The position numbers and the translations under genes are program-made. A model generated the notes under the pieces. That model made no database searches. It saw only the letters and a program-made list of their open reading frames with translations, and was not told the origin of the DNA. A stretch of DNA of 44,140 nucleotides from an uncultured Bdellovibrionales bacterium (lineage in GTDB: Bacteria > Bdellovibrionota > Bdellovibrionia > Bdellovibrionales > SG-bin7), in the NCBI GenBank assembly GCA_964415155.1, contig CAYPZY010000001.1, positions 1 through 44,140 of the forward strand. The letters run 5' to 3'. Shown piece by piece: positions 8,701-16,247 of this stretch. Positions within the stretch are counted from its first letter, which is position 1; each line of letters begins with the position of its first letter.

Positions 8701-10090
8701 GCAAAGCAGGGTTCGCCAAAATTCCAAGCTCTGGTGCAATGTCTGGGGCCAGTCCTTTAAGCTTATTGAAAGTATTGTAGGCTTGGTTCTGCTCTTTGGT
8801 GAGAGTGCCCGCCTTTGCGCCGGCATCTAAAGTGGCGACCACCTCATTGACAGTGGCAGATTTTGACAATCTTTGAGCCACTTCGTCTTTTGCGACCGCT
8901 TGTGCGGCGACTTTTGCGCGAAGTTCTTGGGGATTGCCCAAAAGTGGGCCTTCTTTCCCTGCTGGACGTACCTTTAAGCCGCCCAATTTGCCAAACCCAA
9001 CCGCTACCGGCTGTAAAGCCATCGCACCAGCACCAAAAACCAAAGCATCCGAGATTCCTTGGGCTACCAAATCTTTAAAACTATATTCTCCGGTATCGTC
9101 GGTTGCCATTTTGACACCACCTTTAATGGTGCCAGTTACACCGCCAATCAAAGAACCTTCAATCCCAGTTTGAATAGTAGAGAGCACTGCTCCCTTTAAT
9201 CGTTGCCCTAATAATTGTTTGGAAATTTGCCCAGCGGCTTCGATATTTCCGGCGGCTTTAGCTGTAGTCTTCAAAACTTTCAAACTCTGTACTGTTTCAC
9301 GTGCAACATTTGTACTTTTTGCGACCGTGGAGATTAAAGGTAATTTTGAAATAAAGCTTGTGCCCGGAAGTCCAATCGCTAAACCACCAAGAATGGCCCC
9401 CACATTCGCCACTGACTGAATGTCTTGACTAATTCCTGTCGTATCCGGTTCGGGCACAATTCCAAGGGTCACATTGCTCGCCAATTTTTGAAGAAAGAAA
9501 TTATTTACTTTAACTCTGTCAGGCAAACTCTTCCAAAAACCACCGAAATTGTTCGCCGTGTAAGCATAAGCCTCACCCACATGTGCGGCTGTTTTTGCCG
9601 TTTTATCCCAAGCTTGAGCCAGTTTGTCGTAAGTAGATAATTCTGAAGTCTTTTGGTTCGCAATATTTTGGAGAGATTTCGATTGTTCGGTGGAGGTTTT
9701 TAAATCTTTGACTTGGTTAAAACCTTGATCGGAAGTGGTGACTATCCCTTGCTTTTTCTGCTCTGTAAAAGCAACGGCAGCATCCATGGGAAGCTTACCG
9801 CTCTTCACTGCCTCAATGATCTTTGGAGAATTTAAAATCTTGCCTTGAGCCACCAGAGCGTCAATGGACTCATTTCCTTGAGCCTTTAAATCAGCAACGT
9901 CCTTTTTTTGAAATGCAGATTGAGGTTTCTGAGGAGCCTCTACTGGCGCAGGACTTCCCTCTGATTTCTTACCTTTCCAAAAAGCTAAAGCCTCACTTAA
10001 AGGAAGCTCACCCTTCTGAATGGCTTGAATCATTTTTGGAGAGTTTGGGAGGTCTCCTTGCTGAACTAATTGATCTAGATTTTCAGCCAT
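5780..10090 (-). CDS. large virion internal/ejection (or tape-measure-like) protein, 1436 aa
   Basis: It is the longest ORF and the last structural gene before the lysis genes. It contains Gly-rich hydrophobic segments (VGAILGGLAIGLPG, ALVFGAGAMALQPVAVGFG) and a duplicated N-terminal 39-aa module. Confidence 0.6.
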   Translation of the reverse strand: MAENLDQLVQQGDLPNSPKMIQAIQKGELPLSEALAFWKGKKSEGSPAPVEAPQKPQSAFQKKDVADLKAQGNESIDALVAQGKILNSPKIIEAVKSGKLPMDAAVAFTEQKKQGIVTTSDQGFNQVKDLKTSTEQSKSLQNIANQKTSELSTYDKLAQAWDKTAKTAAHVGEAYAYTANNFGGFWKSLPDRVKVNNFFLQKLASNVTLGIVPEPDTTGISQDIQSVANVGAILGGLAIGLPGTSFISKLPLISTVAKSTNVARETVQSLKVLKTTAKAAGNIEAAGQISKQLLGQRLKGAVLSTIQTGIEGSLIGGVTGTIKGGVKMATDDTGEYSFKDLVAQGISDALVFGAGAMALQPVAVGFGKLGGLKVRPAGKEGPLLGNPQELRAKVAAQAVAKDEVAQRLSKSATVNEVVATLDAGAKAGTLTKEQNQAYNTFNKLKGLAPDIAPELGILANPALLKQTGEAELRKIGQDIFNNPDTVIGQLVEATPALKKLVDAGLWTDAYAATSNLLRNQIKNSKDALSYMQIPLVSTSETMNKLISERVVSRKQGQYPNLNQGLVMDYLTTKTPEALKALKEAGGSGILRTIGSKGVQNRRLNKEEANGIIDDLLSAGFKAVSNTLDFKDLSKLADVNQVLKTATTFNQNLHQTLLDSYKNAEDGMFVYADADTLPSLQGALKLKSATEEQSFLALKRLEISKQMRTLKADPKFSTDPELKSQFTTLKHQMTENSQRASQLQSTVNKESTAYETLDPALKSRVDTVLDTVYVPSKTSDFTPLENKDVGRIFGGDDNPYFIKKDSGLANLMDAMLVSGRDIADNVNKAFGVPFLNTANVWRKLSKEFGPNNPVWDSIGNSLHVREMKIDQERQVLEKQLSSIGIKANTQESALMQRFVEKRLNQTSDEWINLPEKTKQKIQAGAPILRGMYDDLFGRINTVMKSLNFPTVAKREDYITHFQESQNILSEVIGTLLKKGDLSKLEQDFNTRVIRTELPLKSKDAKTRFQYEFKRTGGEFKDDAIGAFLKYVEPALKRIHMSDLVREIDVSMRFAPNNLRTFLDTFKDRYLLDKPEFLDTQITGTANKVINKVKQKLGESAILFNLNNWAQQAATYPLNFSLGAKEAVHALSYQFTKEGREVAALSRNLSMRDISKMEGFEGREFNNQVLKKAVPQFAANAAGAVKDFVMNTGRFATNLFDKQAAKITFHTAYLKAKNSGASTEQAINFADGWVDKIHADISKLGRSDSSFLQSSVGKAFSQFQTFTLNLASTISTDIPHIIRTEGAANGIASMLKAVAGIEIANTISEETGIPKFYDVTNFVPFMNTFKYGIPGYYGLMQDLYVSMADEKSRKKAFSKENLAKTGLMLSVPGGLQLNKSVGPAFKAATTDVYEDRPGALAKDVIWGKKAAARARVKKRSAFDRARRDLTDSIRENLP

Positions 10091-10091
10091 A

Positions 10092-11138
10092 TTATCTCGA
10101 CTTATTTACTGTGGTCGGGCTAATTTTTACTTTCCTCTTCGAAAAAGCCATCGCTTCATCCAATAAACGATCCTCTTCATTCTCTGCTCCAAAAATACGT
10201 TTTGCACTACCCCTCATCGTGGTGGTCATAACAGCATTATTCGAAGGCATTGAAACGCCGATCTGCCTATCATCGTAAGACTCAATCAAAGAAGGATCGT
10301 CCTTTGAATAAACAGGCTTATCCACCAACGCTCCAACGCCGCCTGTTAAAAAAGTGCTACTCACGTTATTAGCCATGCTGTTTGCATAGCCCGCATTTAA
10401 CGGATGCCCCAAAACAGGGTCGCCACGAACCACATCATGAGTAACGGTGTAGAGTTGATCGACGATAGCGTTGGTAATATTATTGTCAATCTCTCCACGA
10501 GAAGACATTTCTGCCAATTGAGATTTAATTGGTTTGCCTGTTTTAAAAACAATATCTTTCCCCTTCAAATTTTTAATCCCAGTTTTTTTTGCCCAATCTT
10601 GAAGTGCTGGAAGGAATTGATTACTTCTCATGAAATATTCATTTTGAGTGACCGTCCCACCAGAAGCTCCACCACCGCCACCGGAGCGGCCAGCAGCCCG
10701 AAGCAACAAACCACCACCCTCGATTTCTCCAGCGGCTTCGCCCTTGGCCTTCATCTTTGCATCCGTAAATTTCCAGTTCTCAAAAGCTTGCAAGGTAGCC
10801 GCAGCGGCCTGCCTGATTTTGGGGTCAGCGGTTTGCATTGACTTTCCCAAAAGCCAAAAAACAGCCTCTTCGGGCTTCATGTCTTTTAAAGCTCCGAGAG
10901 CTTCCTTTTCATCCCCAATGCCCTCTTCGAGGGCACGAGCAGCAAACCTCGTGGCGGGCGTGCTCACCGCTTCTGGTTGAGCTAAAAGCTCAGTGCCCAG
11001 CTTTTGACGAGCAGCCTTAGTCTCTGATTCTTTTTGTAGAGCAATCGCTTCCTTGCGCTTTTCCTCTTTGCGATCTTGGCGAGTTTTTATTCCGCGCTGA
11101 AGCAGCTCTAAACCGCCTAACAAATCTGAAGTAGCCAT
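10092..11138 (-). CDS. virion internal-protein candidate (348 aa) with poly-Gly tract
   Basis: The ORF is tightly packed between two other internal-protein candidates. It contains a GRSGGGGGASGG tract and a charged helical N-terminus. Confidence 0.5.
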   Translation of the reverse strand: MATSDLLGGLELLQRGIKTRQDRKEEKRKEAIALQKESETKAARQKLGTELLAQPEAVSTPATRFAARALEEGIGDEKEALGALKDMKPEEAVFWLLGKSMQTADPKIRQAAAATLQAFENWKFTDAKMKAKGEAAGEIEGGGLLLRAAGRSGGGGGASGGTVTQNEYFMRSNQFLPALQDWAKKTGIKNLKGKDIVFKTGKPIKSQLAEMSSRGEIDNNITNAIVDQLYTVTHDVVRGDPVLGHPLNAGYANSMANNVSSTFLTGGVGALVDKPVYSKDDPSLIESYDDRQIGVSMPSNNAVMTTTMRGSAKRIFGAENEEDRLLDEAMAFSKRKVKISPTTVNKSR

Positions 11139-11142
11139 AAAT

Positions 11143-12786
11143 TTAAAATAATGAAGTGCTTAAACTCGCTCCATAATTTCCTAAATTATAAGGGGAAAGA
11201 GACGGTGCTGGGGTTGGGGAAGCTAGCAAAGAGGCGGAACTTCTTCCACCGCTCGGTGCTGGAGCGCCACCTCCGCCTCCGCCACCACCCCCGGCACCCA
11301 TAACCACACCTGCCAAACCTGCACCTGCACCAAGCAATTGCGTGAAAGCATCTAAGAAACCACCCTTGGTAGTTTGAGTAGTTTTCGCCTCTGCTAATTG
11401 TTTATTCTGTTCTACTCCTAACTGACTCGCTACAGGGTTCAATAAAGCGTTCGATAAATTTAAAGCATTGATATTTTGATTCGCGCCAAATGACAACGCA
11501 CCGCTTCCCGCATTCATTAAAGCCGGCAAATTCCCGTAAGCTAAATTCTTAATCTCATCCATTTTCGCTTTTTCAAGACCTAACAAAGCATCCGCCCTAC
11601 CGCCTTCAATACGCTCTCTCTTCTCGCCCTGAGAAGCCGCAAGTTTCGCACGAGCCTCGCCAACACCTTGAAGCTTATTGCCTTGAGACTCTGCCAAACT
11701 CACGCGCGCAAGGGAAATTTTTTGCTTACCTTCTTCGACGGCTGCGGTGATATTTAAAGCGCCTTCTGATTCCCGAACAGCCGCTTCATTTTCAAGCATC
11801 CTTAAAGCGTCTGTCTTGATTTTTAAAGCTGAGACCTTTTCAGCTTGGGAGCCTGGGGGGAGACCTAACAAAGCCGCTTGCTGTGCAGCTCTTTGGTCTG
11901 CCTGTTCTGAAAGTAAATTAAATTGAAATTTTGCACGTTCATAAGAGGACTCATTTACGCGCCTAAGAGCTGTAGTTAAAACCTCACCGCTTTGATTGTA
12001 ATTCACTTCTGCGGCCCTTAAAGCATCTTCAACATCAAACCCAGTTTGGTTAATTTGATCGACTAAATCATTTAGAGATTGAGTAACTGATTCTCCCGTT
12101 TGAGAACTTATCTGCAAAAGATTATCCACCGACGCATTCACCACATTACGAATCGGCGCTATGTAGGTGTCTACCTGAGCTGCCTGTTCTGGAGTAAAAC
12201 TCATATCTCCAGAAGTAAATTTTTTCACATTCGTTAAAAATTGATGTTCAATATCCGCGGTAGACTCTACTTTAAAAAGTTCTTCTTGCTTAATTTGCTG
12301 ACGCATCCCAGCGACTTGGTCAGAGCCTTCTCCGTAACGATCAATAGCTGCCAACACACGAGGGTCTTCTTTTTTCTTCAACTGATAATCGGTGTAGGTT
12401 ACTTGCTCCATTTCAGCGAGAGCTTGCTGTTTACGACTTAACTGTTCTTCCAATGACCTTAGATTACCACCGCCACCACCCCCGGCACCAAAACCTCCGC
12501 TCACACCACCCCTACCTGTAAAACCAGCGCCACCACCAGCAGCCGGTCCAGCCGCTTGCTGCGCACGAGCATCCGCGACCTTACCTTGCAATTCCGAAAT
12601 TTGATCTTTTAATAAATTCGCTTCTCCTTCATTTCGGTATTTAGTCTTTTGAGTGGGATTAACATCGTACCCACCAATCTCTTGAAGGTTGGAAAGCATG
12701 ATCTGAGTGAACAAAGCGTCGTAGCTTTCTCCACGGGCAGAAAGAGGGGCTAATTCAGTTTTAGTCTCAGTTTTTTTATCACACAT
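11143..12786 (-). CDS. coiled-coil virion internal-protein candidate (547 aa) with two poly-Gly tracts
   Basis: Long Ala/Gln/Glu-rich helical sequence with GFGAGGGGGGN and GAGGGGGGGGGAPAPSGG tracts. Its start overlaps the GNAT stop by 8 nt. Confidence 0.5.
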   Translation of the reverse strand: MCDKKTETKTELAPLSARGESYDALFTQIMLSNLQEIGGYDVNPTQKTKYRNEGEANLLKDQISELQGKVADARAQQAAGPAAGGGAGFTGRGGVSGGFGAGGGGGGNLRSLEEQLSRKQQALAEMEQVTYTDYQLKKKEDPRVLAAIDRYGEGSDQVAGMRQQIKQEELFKVESTADIEHQFLTNVKKFTSGDMSFTPEQAAQVDTYIAPIRNVVNASVDNLLQISSQTGESVTQSLNDLVDQINQTGFDVEDALRAAEVNYNQSGEVLTTALRRVNESSYERAKFQFNLLSEQADQRAAQQAALLGLPPGSQAEKVSALKIKTDALRMLENEAAVRESEGALNITAAVEEGKQKISLARVSLAESQGNKLQGVGEARAKLAASQGEKRERIEGGRADALLGLEKAKMDEIKNLAYGNLPALMNAGSGALSFGANQNINALNLSNALLNPVASQLGVEQNKQLAEAKTTQTTKGGFLDAFTQLLGAGAGLAGVVMGAGGGGGGGGGAPAPSGGRSSASLLASPTPAPSLSPYNLGNYGASLSTSLF

Positions 12787-13252
12787 TTTCTAAAACCTTA
12801 AAATATTCAGAAGAGAATTTAAGATACCCTTTACTCAACGCAAAATCATTTCCCCTCTGAGAATTGTTAGAAACAATTTCTGTTACCCCAAATATAGCAA
12901 ATTTCGCACCCTTTTGCTTCCCCCAATTTTCAAATTCCGCTAACATCTCAGCCCCTATCCCAAGGCCTTGATACTCAGGGAGAACATAAGTATAAAGCTC
13001 TGCGGCCACTAAATCTTTAGTAAAAGGATATTGTGTTACCTGTCCTAAAAATGTCCCAACCGCCTTCCCATCCATAAATGCACAAACAAAAAATTTATTA
13101 GGATTAACTGAATGATCTTTTAAAGTATTTGTAAATTCTTCAGGGCTTGCAGTCGAGGAAATTAAATGAAAGCCAGTGGCCTTTATACAGTGCAAAGCAA
13201 GGTCAATAATAGTTTGAGACAATTCAGTAACCTCTATTATCTCTAGCGCCAT
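12779..13252 (-). CDS. GNAT-family N-acetyltransferase
   Basis: The acetyl-CoA motif-A-like sequence YQGLGIGAEMLAEFENWGKQKG follows beta-strand-rich VCAFMDGKAVGTF. The size (157 aa) is typical of the family. Confidence 0.65.
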   Translation of the reverse strand: MALEIIEVTELSQTIIDLALHCIKATGFHLISSTASPEEFTNTLKDHSVNPNKFFVCAFMDGKAVGTFLGQVTQYPFTKDLVAAELYTYVLPEYQGLGIGAEMLAEFENWGKQKGAKFAIFGVTEIVSNNSQRGNDFALSKGYLKFSSEYFKVLENV

Positions 13253-13518
13253 CTTGTGCTTTTCCTTCCTCGATTAAATTTTACACTAGTCACTCTTAAA
13301 TTACTCGAAGAATTTCCAGCCTTCACTCCATGAACATGATCCACATCTTTCCCAATTAAATATTTTTTTCCATATTTTTGGATCATTTTATTACGAGCCT
13401 TCATACGAGGATAACGATTATCTTTTTGCGCCTCTGTCCGCTGAGAATATTCGGTCACATAATTTCTAGGGTATGTATACGTTTTGCCGTTTTTCTTTAC
13501 ATGTTTGGTTCCAATCAT
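13243..13518 (-). CDS. basic 91-aa protein with HNH-like motif (tentative)
   Basis: GKDVDHVHGVKAGNSSSNLRVTSVKFNRG has DH ... N ... N spacing reminiscent of HNH/His-Me finger nucleases, but no Cys zinc site. It overlaps the GNAT start by 10 nt. Confidence 0.35.
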   Translation of the reverse strand: MIGTKHVKKNGKTYTYPRNYVTEYSQRTEAQKDNRYPRMKARNKMIQKYGKKYLIGKDVDHVHGVKAGNSSSNLRVTSVKFNRGRKSTRWR

Positions 13519-13622
13519 ATAAATTAACGCCTTTTCTATGCACGTCGTCTACCGGCAGCGGCCATACTTGCCATTTTTTTAGCACCATTGATTTTGTTTT
13601 CAATTTTTGCCATATTCTTATT

Positions 13623-13961
13623 ATGAAAAGTAGAACTTATTATTTCAATATCTATAAAAAATTTAAAAAAATAAGTTGTGAAAAATGTTTTAATAATAAA
13701 AATTTAATTGTCCATCATCTAGATGACGATATGACAAATAACGTTCCACAAAATTTACAAACTCTTTGCCGACGATGTCATCAAATTGAACATAAATGTT
13801 GGTTAAATTTTCCAAAAAATCTTGTTCCATGGAATAAATTAAAACCTCAAAAATGCAAATGGTGCACAAAGGAATTTATTCGTCATGGTGGAAATATAAA
13901 CCAAAAATTTTGCAGTAGACATTGTTTTATGAAAAATAGAAATTCTATTTTCTACCTTTAG
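13623..13961 (+). CDS. free-standing HNH homing-endonuclease-like protein (112 aa from ATG 13623)
   Basis: CEKCFNNKNLIVHHLDDDMTNNVPQNLQTLCRRCHQIEH is a canonical CxxC-HH-N-N-CxxCH HNH motif. It is the only plus-strand gene inside the 25-kb minus-strand block and is visibly AT-rich. Confidence 0.75.
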   Translation: MKSRTYYFNIYKKFKKISCEKCFNNKNLIVHHLDDDMTNNVPQNLQTLCRRCHQIEHKCWLNFPKNLVPWNKLKPQKCKWCTKEFIRHGGNINQKFCSRHCFMKNRNSIFYL

Positions 13962-14041
13962 CTGCTAATTTTTGAAATTTTATTTTTCCATATTTTTTGC
14001 GCCCAATTGTCGCTGCCAATCCACCCGGATTAGTCACCCCT

Positions 14042-14269
14042 TTACGAGTTGACAATTTTTTCTTTAATGCTTTGAACCGTGCTCCCGATCCCAGCTTTGC
14101 TTTCATGAGCGACTCCTTCTTTAATTAAATTTTCTTTTTGAAATGCTTCTTGAATTTTTATAAAAATATTGTCGCATGCACGAGCATATTTTAAACCCAT
14201 TGAACGAGTAGCGGCATCGAGGATGTTAATTAATTCGTTAACCTCTTTATTATTTAATTCAAGTTGCAT
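14042..14269 (-). CDS. hypothetical protein (75 aa) downstream of fibre gene
   Basis: ORF with an AGGAGAG SD-like site upstream. Helical composition. Confidence 0.5.
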   Translation of the reverse strand: MQLELNNKEVNELINILDAATRSMGLKYARACDNIFIKIQEAFQKENLIKEGVAHESKAGIGSTVQSIKEKIVNS

Positions 14270-14300
14270 TTACTCTCCTATCAAAAAATAAAATTTATCT

Positions 14301-15494
14301 TTATACATCGGCCACTCTAAATGCGACCTTGTATAAATCTTCCACATTAACATCAGCGCAATGGATTGATCTTGAACCTATATTTACAGAAAGAAGATTT
14401 TGTTTTTGCAATTTTATTAAATTTGAACCCGCAACAAGATTGAAAACCTGAGTTATAGTTACAGGGACATTAAGACCTGGAACACCTGTTGCTAGCTGCA
14501 TTAAAACTCCAGCTTGGAATCTTGTCCCATTTTCAGTTGGAGAAACAAGCCTAAATGCTGTATTTGTTTGCAAAGCAGTATTTATAACTCCATCAACCTC
14601 TAGTGTGAATTTAAAAATAACTAAATAATACCCAGCCACCCCCACACTTACTGTAAGAGCTGCATTCGTGGCATCTACATCGGCAAACGCTCCATCGGTA
14701 GTAGCCCCAATATCAATATTAGCTGTATTATAAGTGTTAGTGGTAAGCCCGTTTGTCCTAAGATAAGGCTTTGCACTTGATCCGTCATGAGCTTGTAAAA
14801 CACCACTTACCAAAGCTAAAGATCTATTCGCCGCAGGAGCTGAAGTTGGAAGTAAGATTGGCCCATCAACAGTAGTAGTTCCACTCAAAGTTACACCTGA
14901 CAAAGAAGTCCCACCTTCTGCATTCGAGCTGTGGTCATGAACTGCATCCGTCCAAAGACTGTCCCAATCCGCTTGACCAATAACTAAAAGAGTACCTGCC
15001 ACGTCTGGCAATGTCCAAATACGATTCGCAGAATTTGCATGGTCAAAAGTGCCAGTGAAAGCAGTCCCAGAATTAAAAACCAAATTATCCGTGAAAGTTT
15101 TACTAGTTAAATTTTGAACACCTGTTGTTAAAACAAAAACTCCAGATAAATCAGGGAAAGTAAAAGTGCGAATATCCGTCAAACTTAACGTACTTAAAGT
15201 CCCTGAATTTCCATCCGAATTAACAGTAAAGGTATCGGATGAAGTCCCAGAAATTGGAGTCGCTCCGGCAGCTAATAAATTTATTCTTTGCTCTAAAGAT
15301 TGAGATAAATTTGCTACACCATCATTGTCGAATTCATAACCTGCAACAAAACAATCTTTGCTGAGTTGAGTTAAGTTTAAATTAATTGTAAAAAAAGATT
15401 CTTCAGCAGCCTCTCTCCAAGCATCTAAGTTTTGCTCAAATAGAACACGAGCATTCGCATATTCTTTTGGTAAAACCACATCTTCGAGCGCCAT
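14301..15494 (-). CDS. tail fibre / receptor-binding protein candidate (397 aa)
   Basis: The N-terminal motif QL..D.F...Y.FDNDG..NL is shared with the upstream 248-aa gene. The protein is Thr/Ser/Gly-rich and beta-type, and its C-terminus (AGYYLVIFKFTLEV...) resembles a jelly-roll tip. Confidence 0.55.
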   Translation of the reverse strand: MALEDVVLPKEYANARVLFEQNLDAWREAAEESFFTINLNLTQLSKDCFVAGYEFDNDGVANLSQSLEQRINLLAAGATPISGTSSDTFTVNSDGNSGTLSTLSLTDIRTFTFPDLSGVFVLTTGVQNLTSKTFTDNLVFNSGTAFTGTFDHANSANRIWTLPDVAGTLLVIGQADWDSLWTDAVHDHSSNAEGGTSLSGVTLSGTTTVDGPILLPTSAPAANRSLALVSGVLQAHDGSSAKPYLRTNGLTTNTYNTANIDIGATTDGAFADVDATNAALTVSVGVAGYYLVIFKFTLEVDGVINTALQTNTAFRLVSPTENGTRFQAGVLMQLATGVPGLNVPVTITQVFNLVAGSNLIKLQKQNLLSVNIGSRSIHCADVNVEDLYKVAFRVADV

Positions 15495-15498
15495 ATAA

Positions 15499-16245
15499 TC
15501 ACCACACTTTCATAGCTGAAAAGTAAGTAGCTCTTTCACCCAAAACAACATCCAAAGCACCGCCGCTATTTTGATAAACGTACACCTCATAATAATCGCC
15601 CACACTCGCGGAATCGTCAGCACTAATTTGAAGAAAAGAATCAAAGCCCGCGGAAGCTGTCGGGGAGACATAAGAAGCAATCTTACTTCCATTTTTATAA
15701 ATGTGCATCTCTCTACGGCCCGTTGCATTTGACGCAAATCTTGCTTGTGCGTGAAATTTATAAATACCAGAACCTCCGGCAGGGATAGTCAAACGACTGG
15801 GGTTCGTCGAGTTATCGTGCATTGCTCCCACGTCGTAAGTTTCAGATAAAAAAGAAAGCACTGTTTCTGTGGCGTCGGGAATTGATTGGTTACTAGTCAC
15901 TCGCCAAACACGAGCACGCATTTGACCACTCGAAGAAATTGTAGATAAATGAGTGACTGGATTTTCAAACGCAACATTCTGCTCAAAAGTCCAACTTCCA
16001 GTAACATGGTCATCACGACCCAATTTTGCAAAAGAATTATAAATTGGAGAATCTAAATTATTTAAACCATCATTGTCGTACGTATAAGAAGGATCAAAAA
16101 TATCTAACCGAAGTTGCTCCATATTGTTTGCAAAATATGTGGTGAGATAAGTTTCAATCGAAGTCATTGCAGTATTTAAATGTACCTGTCTTAATATTTT
16201 TAAAGCCTGATAATTTTCAGTTACATTGAGTGGAATAATTGCCAT
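15499..16245 (-). CDS. tail fibre / receptor-binding protein candidate (248 aa), C1q/TNF-like C-terminus (tentative)
   Basis: It shares the N-terminal DNDG..NL motif with the 397-aa protein. Its C-terminal pattern GIYKFHAQARF ... IYKNG ... GDYYEVYVYQNSG resembles gC1q/TNF jelly-roll tips. Confidence 0.55.
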   Translation of the reverse strand: MAIIPLNVTENYQALKILRQVHLNTAMTSIETYLTTYFANNMEQLRLDIFDPSYTYDNDGLNNLDSPIYNSFAKLGRDDHVTGSWTFEQNVAFENPVTHLSTISSSGQMRARVWRVTSNQSIPDATETVLSFLSETYDVGAMHDNSTNPSRLTIPAGGSGIYKFHAQARFASNATGRREMHIYKNGSKIASYVSPTASAGFDSFLQISADDSASVGDYYEVYVYQNSGGALDVVLGERATYFSAMKVW

Positions 16246-16247
16246 AA

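Noticed and set aside
10404-10980. Plus-strand ORFs antisense to the 348-aa gene, including a poly-Pro stretch
   Set aside because: The PPPPP run is simply the reverse complement of the Gly-tract codons. The same logic applies to the other antisense or alternative-frame ORFs inside long genes, for example 4306-4659, 5424-5735, 6074-6661, 8175-9640, 9823-10278, 17221-17421, 21859-22278, 28198-28611 and 29761-30211.
13536-13613. 25-aa minus-strand ORF (MAKIENKINGAKKMASMAAAGRRRA) in the gap beside the HNH gene, or an intron/exon arrangement around the HNH
   Set aside because: It is too short and has no clear SD. The flanking minus-strand ORFs both have their own stops and starts, so I see no split gene that a group I intron would rejoin.
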